Source of the DNA: Macrostomum lignano
Lineage: Eukaryota
Direction: 5' to 3'
NCBI GenBank assembly: GCA_002269645.1
Contig: NIVC01002445.1
Span: forward strand, 108,998-172,997
Length of the DNA stretch: 64,000 nt
Numbering within the stretch: position 1 is the stretch's first letter; each line of letters opens with the position of its first letter. The notes under the pieces were generated by a model that did not search any database, was not told where the DNA came from, and saw only the letters and a list, made by a program, of their open reading frames with translations. Made by a program: the position numbers and the translations under genes. Shown one piece after another: positions 12,276-35,956 of this stretch.

Positions 12276-13214
12276 CCGCGACGCGTGAAGTCGGGGTGTC
12301 AGGCGTTCAGCCGTGACCAGAATGGCTAAAGAGTCATTGCAAACAGCTCACTAGTGACTCTGAATGACTTTTTAGCGACTCAAACGATTGCAAAGCGACG
12401 GAGAGGCGACTGTTGAGTCGAGAGCGCATAAAATTCGTACAAGAGTCGCTTTGCTAGCGCTTAACCTTCTACTAACTGAAGTAGACTAAATAAAGTTGTT
12501 AGAAATGCGAAATCCAGCGACTCCAGCACGCCTCAGAGACCAATCTGCGGCCCCAGAGTCGCAGACAATGAAACGCCTGAAATTGACTCTATAAGGTCAT
12601 AGGTATAAATTTAATTAGGTCATGCTAAAGTGCATTGAATCTGGTCAATAATCTGCATGCTACTGATATAATTTCTCCTACAAAAAGCATAATAACGTAC
12701 GAGCTATATATTACTTAGACATAGTAGTATCCAATGCAAATTAAAGCAGTTTTGTGTTGTATTTGGTTCTCAGTGCCCCGTTGCTATGTATTTGTGCCGT
12801 CATTCCCTGTGTACATAAGCCGACTTTCCATGATTGCAAAGATTAGCCTAATCCTGCTAGTTGCTATGGAAATGCACTGACGCCTTATTGGTAAATGTTT
12901 TTTGCTTATTTGGATCGAATATTTTGTTATTTTTTATTTCCAAACTATTCTTTTTATTTTTTAAAACTGCATTACCGTTTTTCGTATCAATCGATCAATC
13001 AAATTGCACTGTAATGAGCAGCTCCTCAATACCTGACATTATTTTGTATTGCAGTTTTCCTAAAACTTCACTTGATTCACAGCAATGCGTCTAAATACAG
13101 AGAGACTGCACTCCTTGATTCTGTAATGCCGTTGTACTATCGCAGTTTTATAATTGAAACTCCGACTGAATCTTTGAGTTGCATTTCTGACTGAAATCAC
13201 ATTTGGGGGCTTCA

Positions 13215-14535
13215 GTGGAGGTCAGTAACTAAACAGCTGACAAGATTGAGGTCAGTAACCAAACAGCTGACCAGATTGAGGTCAGTAACTAAACAGCTGA
13301 CCAGATTGAGGTCAGTAACCAAACAGCTGACAAGATTGAGGTCAGTAACTAAACAGCTGACCAGATTGAGGTCAGTAACTAAACAGCTGACCAGATTGAG
13401 GTCAGTAACTAAACAGCTGACCAGATAATTAAAGTCAGTACCTAAACAGCTGACCAGATTGAGGTCAGTAACTAAACAGCTGACCAGATAATTAAAGTCA
13501 GTAACTAAACAGCTGACCAGATAATTAAAGTCAGTAACTAAACAGCTGACCAGATAATTAAAGTCAGTAACTAAGCAGCTGACCAGATTGAGGTCAGTAC
13601 CTAAACAGCTAACCAGATTGAGGTCAGTAACTAAACAGCTGACCAGATTGAGGTCAGTAACCAAACAGCTGACCAGATTGAGGTCAGTAACTAAACAGCT
13701 GACCAGATTGAGGTCAGTAACTAAACAGCTGACCAGATTGAGGTCAGTAACTAAACAGCTGACCAGATTAAGGTCAGTAACTAAACAGCTGACCAGATTG
13801 AGGTCAGTAACTAAACAGCTGACCAGATGATCAAAGTCAGTAACTAAACAGCTGACCAGATTGAGGTCAGTAACTAAACAGCTGACCAGATTAAGGTCAG
13901 TAACTAAACAGCTGACCAGATTGAGGTCAGTAACTAAACAGCTGACCAGATGATCAAAGTCAGTAACTAAACAGCTGACCAGATTGAGGTCAGTAACTAA
14001 ACAGCTGACCAGATATTTAAAGTCAGTATCTAAACAGCTGACCAGATTGAGTTCAGTACCTAAACAGCTGACCAGATTGAGGTCAGTAACTAAACAGCTG
14101 ACCAGATGATTAAAGTCAGTAACTAAACAGCTGACCAGATTGAGTTCAGTACCTAAACAGCTGACCAGATTGAGGTCAGTAACTAAACAGCTGACCAGAT
14201 GATTAAAGTCAGTAACTAAACAGCTGACCAGATGATCAAAGTCAGTAACTAAACAGCTGACCAGATTGAGGTCAGTAACTAAACAGCTGACCAGATATTT
14301 AAAGTCAGTATCTAAACAGCTGACCAGATTGAGTTCAGTACCTAAACAGCTGACCAGATTGAGGTCAGTAACTAAACAGCTGACCAGATGATTAAAGTCA
14401 GTAACTAAACAGCTGACCAGATGATCAAAGTCAGTATCTAAACAGCTGACCAAATTGAGTTCAGTAACTAAACAGCTGACCAGATTGAGTTCACAGCTGA
14501 CCAGATTGAGTTCACAGCTGACCAGATTGAGTTCA
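13215..14535. repeat. 30/36-bp minisatellite between the LYST and ADAM 3' ends
   Basis: CAGCTGACCAGATTGAGGTCAGTAACTAAA units; each unit has a CTGACC...GGTCAG hairpin. Confidence 0.97.
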
Positions 14536-14699
14536 AGAGCTTAGCAATTGTATATTTAGGCGATCCTAACTGACTAAATTCCAGTATAAGTGCAGTGCAT
14601 TTGCACTCGAGAAGGCATTAAGCTAAATCTATAATGTTTCCTATTTCTGCTAAGTATGTTAGCTGTGCTGATGAATCGAATTCAGTCCTAAATCTGTCA

Positions 14700-25853
<11,154 letters not shown>

Positions 25854-27316
25854 AACTTCTGCAGAGACAACACGCCCTAAGCAGGAAGCTCAGAAAAGCA
25901 AACACTGTTATTGAGAGAGCTGCATCAGTAGCCTTCTGCTGTTTGCGGGTCTTTTGTGTCCAACCGTGCGCACACCGACCATCTGTGCACTCTTGGCCCC
26001 GCAGCTGCCTTCTCGATGTCTATTCATTTTTTTGTTCAAGTGAGCGTGCTTGTGAGCTTTAGCCTGTGGAACGCAGAATACAGAGGTTTGTGTGTTTATT
26101 TTATTTTTTTAGCGCTTGCCCGGCCATAACCCACTTGCAGAAATTCTTACTGGCGCAACGCATGACTGCACGAGCTTCATTTACACTAGTTAGGGCACAC
26201 TCTAAATGCTCTACTTGTAGATTTAAAACAAAATTATTATTTGCCTCGTAGGCACCCTGCTTTCTGGCTAAAAAGGCTAAATTACAAGCTTAGTTGATTA
26301 GGCTTTTAGTTAGATTAAATGTTGACCCATCTCACGTGGGTTTAATATGTTAACCCATATATGTAAACAAACTTGCACTTAAAATTAAGGACTTCTGTTC
26401 AATTATCGACTATCAATATCAAATGACTCGCCTACCGACGTATGAAATTTAAACGACGCTTCCGGTAAGCTTGACGAGAGCGAAAACGTATCCTTACATA
26501 CACTAAACTAGAAGCGAAATAGCGAAATGTTTTTGCAGAAACTCACCTTTTTGGCACGAATAATTGCAAAGCAGGCAAAAATTGTAGCCAGAACTGGCAC
26601 TGCTACTTAGAGTAAAAGTAATATGAGAGAAATATCCTACCTATTTTTTCATATTTTACCCTCCTCACTATCTGCTACCTCTATAGAACTTAACTAGCAA
26701 TCTGCAACAAAGATAGAAAAGATTTTTGTAAAACTGTGTGCAATGTACTTTTAACCCATTGTACGAGTGCAGTCACTATTGTAAACTTTTTTACAGAAAG
26801 TGATGTTTAAAGCGAAATAGCAACCGCCATGAAAGCCAGCTACCTATAGTCTATGATATCAGCATCCCCGATGAGCCTTGACATCTCAACAATTTCCCAC
26901 ATGAGTCTTTTATGGCTGACAGTACAATCAACCATGAAACCAGACCTAGCCAGCTGAATCCATCAGTCTCGCATGCAATAGCGGTTTTAAAGCCAATTAA
27001 AAGCAAAATGCGGATTCCACGCCTTCCGAATCCTCAAGCAACCTAAATTTAGCTTTCTTCCACTCCACTTGTAAGCAGCCTCCCTAAGACTCCAAAAAAG
27101 TCTTCATCTACTTGCTGGTGTACAAATAATTCATTATTTTCTAAGACACCGACTCCAAATTTCCAGATATGGCCATGTTCAACTAATCCTAATCCTGTCG
27201 CATTTAAACTGAAGACTTTCAGGAACTCACAAAACTTCTTAATGCGAGCACTCACGAAAAACTCTTCTCTATCCTAGTTGCTAAAGCCGTACCTGTAGAC
27301 TAGATAGGAACCACTG

Positions 27317-28112
27317 ATGTGTAGCCGTCTCACTGCTCTGATAGCTGCTGTGGTGGCCGCTCTGCTGGTCTCCGGGTCGCTGTGCCAGCGCAGAGCCACT
27401 CCGGTCTACGTGGGCTGCTTTGTTGACAGAGCGTCACCCAACAGGGACTTGCTGGGCCTCGTTGGCATCGCCCAGATCGGCCCATTCAGCAAAAACCCTG
27501 GCGTTTTGCGGCGAGCTGACATGACGGTAGAGCTGTGCAGCGAGATCTGCGCCTATGGCGGCTTCCGGTACTTTGGAGTGCAGCATTACAGAGCCTGCCA
27601 CTGCGACTCCAGCTACGGCTCCTGGGGTCCGGCGCCAGAGTCCGAGTGCAGCCAGCACTGCCTTGGGAATCCAGCGCAGGTGTGCGGCGGCGGTTGGCGA
27701 AACTCCATCTACGAGAATGCATACTCGATGGGTGAGTGCAGTGGTAACTGCTACAATTAGTTTCTTCTGCCCGATTTTGAATTTCTACATCTGGAGTTAT
27801 TTGATGGTGTAAAATAGTGTCACAGCTGTCAAGGGATTTCAATTTCACCTGCTCCGCTTTCAAGATCTTAGAAATGTTCGATTTCGCAAGTTCGCCGCCT
27901 CTGCTGCTCCAAAGCTGGTCACCACTGCCGGATTCGCCGGCTCCCTGGGCTGGGACGTCAGGATGCAGAGCCTATCTGACTGCGCCGTCTTCTGTATCCA
28001 GTCTGCCAGCTGCTCCTCCTTTCGCTTCAACAGCAGCAGCGGCCTCTGCCGCCTCAGCATCTTCGCCACCGCCTTCGTCAACGATACTGGCGATGTGTGG
28101 ATCATCGGCTGA
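27317..28112 (+). CDS. Secreted WSC-domain + PAN/Apple-domain protein, ~220 aa
   Basis: Exons 27317-27731 and 27865-28112 (phase 1). Signal peptide; WSC pattern YVGCF..MTVELCSEIC...YFGVQ...CHC...ECSQHCLGN..QVCGG; PAN pattern CAVFC....CSSFRF....GLCRL. Confidence 0.85.
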
Positions 28113-28494
28113 AGCTACACTGAATCTGGGGCCGGCTTCCCAGAGTTTCCGCTGAACAATTCTCATCTTGTCGAAATTGGTTCAGTTTTTTGGCAAGGTC
28201 TAAATCAGATTTACTGAAACAGATTTTCGGAGTTTAACTTACGTTATTATCATTAAGGACGCTTAACACGTCTGGAAAGTAGTATAGTTTAAGAAATTCT
28301 GCGTTTTTCTTGAAGCAGCCACAAAGGCAGAATTCATTGCCACTTAGGAAATAAACAAAAAATAGTGGACTATATAGATTAGTAGCGCTTTTCGTTTTTT
28401 TACTTAACGATAACATAATGATAATTCACACACATCGATGCTACGAGCTAATGGCTAATACGTTATCTGATGCCCTGTTTCAGATCCCAAAGAT

Positions 28495-30105
28495 CCCAAA
28501 GACTGAAAACTGCTCGGTAGTTAGTTTCCACAACCTAGAACCCAACGGAGCTAATTCGACTGTAAACTGCTCGGTAGTTAGTTTCCACAACCTAGAATCC
28601 AACGGAGCTAATTTGACTGCAAACTGCTCGGTAGTTAGTTTCCACAACCTAGAACCCAACGGAGCTAATTCGACTGCAAACTGCTCGGTAGTTAGTTTCC
28701 ACAACCTAGAATCCAACGGAGCTAATTTGACTGCAAACTGCTCGGTAGTTAGTTTCCACAACCTAGAATCCAACGGAGCTAATTTGACTGAAAACTGCCC
28801 GGTAGTTAGTTTCCACAACCTAGAATCCAACGGAGCTAATTTGACTGAAAACTGCTCGGTAGTTAGTTTCCACAACCTAGAATCCAACGGAGCTAATTCG
28901 ACTGCAAACTGCTCGGTAGTTAGTTTCCACAACCTAGAATCCAACGGAGCTAATTTGACTGAAAACTGCTCGGTAGTTAGTTTCCACAACCTAGAATCCA
29001 ACGGAGCTAATTTGACTGAAAACTGCCCGGTAGTTAGTTTCCACAACGTAGAACCCAACGGAGCTAATTTGACTGCAAACTGCTCGGTAGTTAGTTTCCA
29101 CAACCTAGAATCCAACGGAGCTAATTTGACTGAAAACTGCCCGGTAGTTAGTTTCCACAACCTAGAACCCAACGGAGCTAATTTGACTGAAAACTGCTCG
29201 GTAGTTAGTTTCCACAACCTAGAATCCAACGGAGCTAATTTGACTGAAAACTGCTCGGTAGTTAGTTTCCACAACCTAGAATCCAACGGAGCTAATTTGA
29301 CTGCAAACTGCTCGGTAGTTAGTTTCCACAACCTAGAATCCAACGGAGCTAATTTGACTGCAAACTGCTCGGTAGTTAGTTTCCACAACCTAGAACCCAA
29401 CGGAGCTAATTTGACTGTAAACTGCTCGGTAGTTAGTTTCCACAACCTAGAATCCAACGGAGCTAATTTGACTGCAAACTGCTCGGTAGTTAGTTTCCAC
29501 AACCTAGAACCCAACGGAGCTAATTCGACTGCAAACTGCTCGGTAGTTAGTTTCCACAACCTAGAATCCAACGGAGCTAATTTGACTGAAAACTGCCCGG
29601 TAGTTAGTTTCCACAACCTAGAATCAAACGGAGCTAATTTGACTGCAAACTGCTCGGTAGTTAGTTTCCACAACCTAGAATCCAACGGAGCTAATTTGAC
29701 TGAAAACTGCCCGGTAGTTAGTTTCCACAACCTAGAACCCAACGGAGCTAATTTGACTGAAAACTGCCCGGTAGTTAGTTTCCACAACCTAGAATCCAAC
29801 GGAGCTAATTTGACTGAAAACTGCTCGGTAGTTAGTTTCCACAACCTAGAATCCAACGGAGCTAATTTGACTGCAAACTGCTCGGTAGTTAGTTTCCACA
29901 ACCTAGAACCCAACGGAGCTAATTCGACTGCAAACTGCTCGGTAGTTAGTTTCCACAACCTAGAATCCAACGGAGCTAATTTGACTGAAAACTGCTCGGT
30001 AGTTAGTTTCCACAACCTAGAATCCAACGGAGCTAATTTGACTGAAAACTGCCCGGTAGTTAGTTTCCACAACCTAGAATCCAACGGAGCTAATACGACT
30101 GAAAA
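28495..30105. repeat. 57-bp minisatellite (~28 units), stop-free in one frame on each strand
   Basis: AAACTGCTCGGTAGTTAGTTTCCACAACCTAGAATCCAACGGAGCTAATTTGACTG(A/C) units. Confidence 0.97.
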
Positions 30106-30139
30106 CTTAACTATTCAATGCGAGACATTGTTGTTTTTC

Positions 30140-30210
30140 CAAGGACCACTAGAAGTCACTGTTGTAACGGTACAACACAACGATACAACGGTAACTTCTA
30201 GCGGTCCTTG
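30140..30210. other. 27-bp imperfect inverted repeat with 17-nt loop
   Basis: CAAGGACCACTAGAAGTCACTGTTGTA / TACAACGGTAACTTCTAGCGGTCCTTG; a one-arm match also at 16428-16446. Confidence 0.8.
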
Positions 30211-31019
30211 TGCTTTACTTTCAAGGGTCAGCAATGCAATGCGTTAATAAGCGTCGGGTTCACCAATTGTCATAATCGGAGGAGGGATCTGTTGAATCGA
30301 CAGGGAGAGTGGAATGCCTGTCTTCTTGCAGAGCCTAATAGCCCTCTATCAGCGAGCCTGTATCAGCTCTGACTTTGTTTAACTGAAATCACAGTGACTA
30401 ATGGCTTCATCATCTCGTAGACTCTGTTAATGTTCAGTTTATTGACACACACACACAGCTTCTGTCTAACACCCCACACATATTTCATCAGCTTTTAAGA
30501 GACTGAGAAACGTCCAAAAAGAGCTTGGAAAGCAAATGAAAAATGACTGAAGTTGGCTTAAGTAACGGTTGAGTCGTCTGCAGTATTTATAAGTTATCAG
30601 ATCATTTGCTTTTAGTGCCCTGGCACTTTTGTCGTTTCCCAGTCAATTCTAGATGCTTTTTGTCTCGGAGAAGCATTCAAGAAGACAAAATAGTGCCTTG
30701 TTTAATTAAAACAAGGATATTTAGTGATTGGAATAGCAATTTTAACAAAATTCTATTCAAAATAAAGAAGTTTCACTTCTGTTGTAGTGATAGAAGTATT
30801 ATTTGAGCTGTGGTTATCTATGTGGATGAGAAAGCAGATTTGGTTAAAAGAAACTGGTCATCCAGACCCTGAAATATTTCCAAAAAGTCAACTCTTGATT
30901 AAAGGAGTTATTCTCACTGCTGTCAAATTCATTCCTTCCTGACTAGCAGATTTCACTCGCAGTATCATAGCACGCAGACTTCTAGCTTTTGCACTCCTAA
31001 AATCTTCAAAAGCCTGAGT

Positions 31020-31615
31020 CACGCTTCGGTCTCAAAGTGTTAGGAGACTCTCTTGACTCTCGACTCCTGATCCTAGCTTCATAGCACGCACTTCGGTCTC
31101 AAGTGTTAGGAGACTCTCTTGACTCTCGACTCCTGATCCTAGCTTCATAGCACGCACTTCGGTCTCAAGTGTTAGGAGACTCTCTTGACTCTCGACTCCT
31201 GATCCTAGCTTCATAGCACGCACTTCGGTCTCAAGTGTTAGGAGACTCTCTTGACTCTCGACTCCTGATCCTAGCTTCATAGCACGCACTTCGGTCTCAA
31301 GTGTTAGGAGACTCTCTTGACTCTCGACTCTTGATCCTAGCTTCATAGCACGCACTTCGGTCTCAAGTGTTAGGAGACTCTCTTGACTCTCGACTCCTGA
31401 TCCTAGCTTCATAGCACGCACTTCGGTCTCAAGTGTTAGGAGACTCTCTTGACTCTCGACTCCTGATCCTAGCTTCATAGCACGCACTTCGGTCTCAAGT
31501 GTTAGGAGACTCTCTTGACTCTCGACTCCTGATCCTAGCCTCATAGCACGCACTTCGGTCTCAAGTGTTAGGAGACTCTCTTGACTATCGACTCCTGATC
31601 CTAGCTTCATAGCAC
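31020..31615. repeat. 66-bp minisatellite (~9 units)
   Basis: GCACGCACTTCGGTCTCAAGTGTTAGGAGACTCTCTTGACTCTCGACTCCTGATCCTAGCTTCATA units. Confidence 0.97.
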
Positions 31616-32071
31616 CGCGGGCTTCTGCCACGGACACAAAAGCATGCACAGACAACAAAGATACTCAATGTCAAACATGTCAATGTCATCCTGCATACAA
31701 ACACTCCGGTTAGCGCTCAGTTTTTATCTGCATCGCTGCTGAATTCAATAATTCTCCCCCCAGGACTATAATAATCTATTTCAATTTTCAAAGCTCTAAA
31801 CTGATGGTAGGAAGAGCCGATTCTCTTGTACAGTACAGACCAGGGATGCGTACTCTGTCATGATGGGAGAACAATGCGAACAATTCCTTTCCTGAGATGG
31901 AAAGGAAAGAGAGATAGACGTGGCATCCACAGCCCAGCCTGGGACTAGTGCTTCTACTGGTATATATTATTCTGAATAGGAAGGCTCCGGTTCTCACTCT
32001 GGCACGTGTGGAACAAGTGTGCTTCATCAACCGGTTCCGATCCAGTCTCAGATTTTGTCCCAGCCGCCTCG

Positions 32072-33283
32072 ATGCGTCGATCAGCCCAGTGGAGCACTCT
32101 GCGCCATCTGACTATCATTCTCCTCCTTGCTGGCTCTTTACTGTATTGGTGGAATAGTTATCCCAGCGAACTATTGACTGCTGGTGACTCTGGTGAGGCA
32201 TTTGCCCCCAGTAGCGGGCAGGAAAGTCAGGTGCTGCAAAAACACCAGAGCAAGATCGACTTGGACACCAGTGCAGCAGCTGTTGGTCCCGAGCAAAGTC
32301 TCAACCAGATTAAGCAGGCAGTTGCTGCAAAAGCGTTGAGCGAGAGCAATCAAAAAGCAATTAAAACTTTCTCTGCTCATCAAAACTCGACAACGATAAA
32401 AGCTGTATTGAATCAATCACAGGAAACTGCTCAGCCAGCTCCAGGAACTGAAGCCACTCTACAAGTGCAAACGCTTCATACTACAGACAAAAGCTCAATT
32501 AATAACGTCACTAATAACTCATGGATCAACAATCTGTGCCGCAAGGGCGGTGTCAAATCTGGAGCGGTGTTTCTGGTGATGAGCGCCCTGTCTCGGGAGG
32601 CTGAAGCACAACGGGCAGCGATATTGTCCACCTGGGGCGCTGAGCTGCAGCACCAGCGTCGGCTTGTCTTCTACGCGCCGATTCTTCCATCCGATGCCGC
32701 GCAAGAATCGGTTCAGAGCGACCTGCTGACGATTCGGTCTCCGGCCGGAGAAAACCGCATCCTCGCCGGCCTCGTCTGGCTGCGCTCCCGCTGTCCGATG
32801 GCTCGAGCTATTGTCCTGGCCTGCGATCGGTCCTTCTGGAGCCTGAGTCGACTAAATACGTTTTTGAATTCACGCCGGTTCGATGCCACACTCAAGTCTG
32901 TTTACGGCTGGTGGCCAAAACCAGCCACTCAGTCACTTTTAGCCGCTCAGCCTGGCTTCATTTTTACAGGCCCCGCTGTGGACGCCCTCAAGCTAGCGGC
33001 AGCGCAGTTGGTCAAAGATGCTGCATTTGCAGGACAAATCCCTGTGACGAAACCGCTCACAGAGCTCGCTGGGGTTGGTACCGTCCAGCTGAGCAGCGAG
33101 CTGGTGCAGGCGTCTTCGGATCGGCCGTTTCGAATTGCTACCCTGGCTTGCGGCTTCAAGAACGGTCGGTTAATGTCGGTCAACGGTCTCGGCGCTGGGC
33201 GCAAGATGAAGCTGTGGCGCATATTTCATTTTCCGGGACTCAAGTGCTTCAGAGATAGGCAAAGAAAACACCGGAAGCATTAG
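32072..33283 (+). CDS. Type II membrane GT31 (beta-1,3-galactosyltransferase/fringe-like) protein, catalytic motifs degenerate
   Basis: Single exon; short cytosolic N-terminus + TM (LTIILLLAGSLLYWW), S/Q/A stem, then VFLVMS...RAAILSTWG, GLVWLRSRCP.A..IV, YG, and GFIFT..AV..L, colinear with GT31 folds. Confidence 0.7.
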   Translation: MRRSAQWSTLRHLTIILLLAGSLLYWWNSYPSELLTAGDSGEAFAPSSGQESQVLQKHQSKIDLDTSAAAVGPEQSLNQIKQAVAAKALSESNQKAIKTFSAHQNSTTIKAVLNQSQETAQPAPGTEATLQVQTLHTTDKSSINNVTNNSWINNLCRKGGVKSGAVFLVMSALSREAEAQRAAILSTWGAELQHQRRLVFYAPILPSDAAQESVQSDLLTIRSPAGENRILAGLVWLRSRCPMARAIVLACDRSFWSLSRLNTFLNSRRFDATLKSVYGWWPKPATQSLLAAQPGFIFTGPAVDALKLAAAQLVKDAAFAGQIPVTKPLTELAGVGTVQLSSELVQASSDRPFRIATLACGFKNGRLMSVNGLGAGRKMKLWRIFHFPGLKCFRDRQRKHRKH

Positions 33284-35956
33284 ACGAGAATCATTGAGAA
33301 CAGTATCTACGTGTGTACCGAAATAATCTCAGCTTGGCTTGTTTTTATGAACTCCAAAAGCTTGATCAAGAGCGGCCGCCAATTATCGTTGTGCCTTTTT
33401 GTTCGCTTGCATCGCTCTGCACCTCTCTGTCCATATACATGTATTCTTCAGTACCTGTATATTCTCTGATTATTTGCTAGAAGACATTATGAATCTCATA
33501 TGCATCTTTAAATTATTTACGATATTCTCTACCTAAAAGCAATTGCTAAAATATGCTAATTCATTTTACATTTAATCAATCTTTACAAGCTGCTTATAAT
33601 AACAAAGTTTTTATCCTTGTTTCCCTCAATGACTATACCTCATAAACGCGATACTCAAGTCATTCTTGGAGGCCCTCTCTTCATTCGTATTTATCTGTAC
33701 CAATGACTATGATTGATTGCAGCACATTTAATTTAATGATACATGTAGCTAAATATAGCTTGTAACAACTGCATCTTACGTCTTGCTTGTATCCTGCACT
33801 TGTGCTGCACAAGTCCAAAAGAAAAATTCACATATGCTTTATAATACCAATAATTAATTTAACCTTTGACTTACTTGACTTTATTTATTTCATTCATTCA
33901 TTTAACCTCATTACCTCATTGTAATTTAAAGTCACTTTTGAGTGACTAATTACTCGACTCTGAACTCAATTGAGTTGTACTCAAGTTGACCGAAATTAAG
34001 GCTGGGAGTCTGTATGTTCCCAACAACACGAGTGCAGCACGTTACAACTCTACTCTAAGATCAACCATATGCTAACCCTAACTGTGACATCACTTAGCAC
34101 CTTTGCTGAAGCAAAGGAGTTGCATTTTTCTCACAAAAGTTGGTAAAGCTTCCTTTCCGATTTTTTTTCATGCATGATGCATCTATTTTGTTAAAGTTTG
34201 CTTTTGATTTGTATACGAGCTCGTGGTTCAAAAATTAAACTTTGTTGTTTCAGAGAAACGGAGTAAATATATACGAGCCCCCTTCTTCCTCATACTCATA
34301 GCCCATAATTTTTACAGCACTAATGCAATTTTTTACCATAAAAGTTAATAAGATAGAAAGCACCCATTTAACATAAAAAAATTAACTAGAGTGGCATTTC
34401 ACTCGCTTTACCAAAACTTCTAAGTTTTAATGCCCATATAGGCCTAGTCAAAAGAAGGAAAACATTTTTCACATAAATTTCAGACGTTCAGGGCAGAAAA
34501 TGGCAGCTGCAGTGGGGAAAAAAGTAGTTAAGGGCAGGGTTGTACAAAAGAAGAGACATGACAAAGCTTGTTTGCTAGCATCAATAAAAATAAAAATATA
34601 CAAAATCTAATTCATAGGGTAATAGACAGATTAATTTTTACTATTGAACATTAACAGCATGACATAAGTATTTTAAATATATATAAATTTGCACAATCTA
34701 TTACTTAATGACCTATTTCATATCAAAACAAAAAGGCAAATTAAACAAAATTCTTAAATATTAGGCCTATTTGATATAGGAAACTTTCTAATCCTAGCAT
34801 TGTCTTTAATTAGACAGAAACTTTCTCTATTAGTTTTAAGTAGTCTACTAGGCCTGCATAAAGCATGTATTTAACTTTAAAAGGTAAAAATGAAATGAAA
34901 TGAATTTTAGAAAGTTTATATAATATTAATGTTAGTATTAAATAAGATTTAGAGTCCAAATTTTGTCTTTATTTAAACTAAAACTAAAAGAAAACAAAAA
35001 GTTAGCAGCCTATTTTATCTTCTATGGCCTATGGCCATGGGTCAAAAGTACTATAATGCTATGTTATTTTGGCAAAAATAAAATATATTGCTAGATGCTA
35101 TTAAATGCTTATATAATGTATTATGAATTTATAAATAGTATAAAAAGTTGTCTATTTTATGCATTTATAAAATGAGTAAGTGTGTTTTTTATTAGCTAAT
35201 TTTAGTCTATATAGCTAAAAATATTACTAGGATTAATTGGAATAAATTATTACAGTTATTTGGTTTTTTTACAACATTTTATATATTTTAATTCTATTAA
35301 TATTATAAAAAATATTTTATTAAATTTTATCATAGTTAATAGATTGAAGATTTTAGAAGTGCTTAGACTTATAGATAAACATTTCTATGGAAATAGTACC
35401 TAGTTATCTATAAAGCCTAATGCCCTTGACCATGCTTGTATGTATGCTAGTATATGCTTTTATATATTTCTTTTGTATTTATCTAAGAGAAGAAATAAAA
35501 TCTATATTATCTATCTACTGTAACTTTGGTAGGGTTAGTGGTAATGGAGTAAAGTAGAATCCTAGCAATTAGGATCACTGATGAATTAGACATTTCAATG
35601 TTTTTATTGCTAGGGCCTAATATATATTTAATTGAGAACAGAAACAATTATTTACTTTAACATAGATCAATCTTTGTTGCTAACTAAAAGTCTTTCATTA
35701 AACTGCAACAGCACAAAAAACTCAGTTTAAGCTATCACAGCAGGCTGCAGTAAATCATAGTTGTCAATGACAAATTATGGTTTGAAACAGAAACCCAGTC
35801 TGAACCATAAAACTCAGTTTAGCACCTTAGCTAATTTGCACTTATTGAATTCATGCTCTTGCTGCACATTAGTGCAAATGTGTGCACTCTTGGCAAGACC
35901 TGGCCCAGTGTGACTCACAACTCTGCATATTTGACACTTAAGTCGCTCAGCCCAAG

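Noticed and set aside
13212-14453. 413-aa LVSCLVTDLN-repeat ORF
   Set aside because: Product of a 30/36-bp array whose unit is a multiple of 3; lies between two convergent gene ends.
26840-27255. Decayed minus-strand coding relic upstream of the WSC gene
   Set aside because: Protein-like fragments in shifting frames, but no motif I can assign; left uncalled.
30765-31711. Plus-strand frame interrupted only by TGA codons (selenoprotein/readthrough idea)
   Set aside because: Most TGAs are copies of a single repeat position, the product has no recognisable features, and no SECIS is evident.
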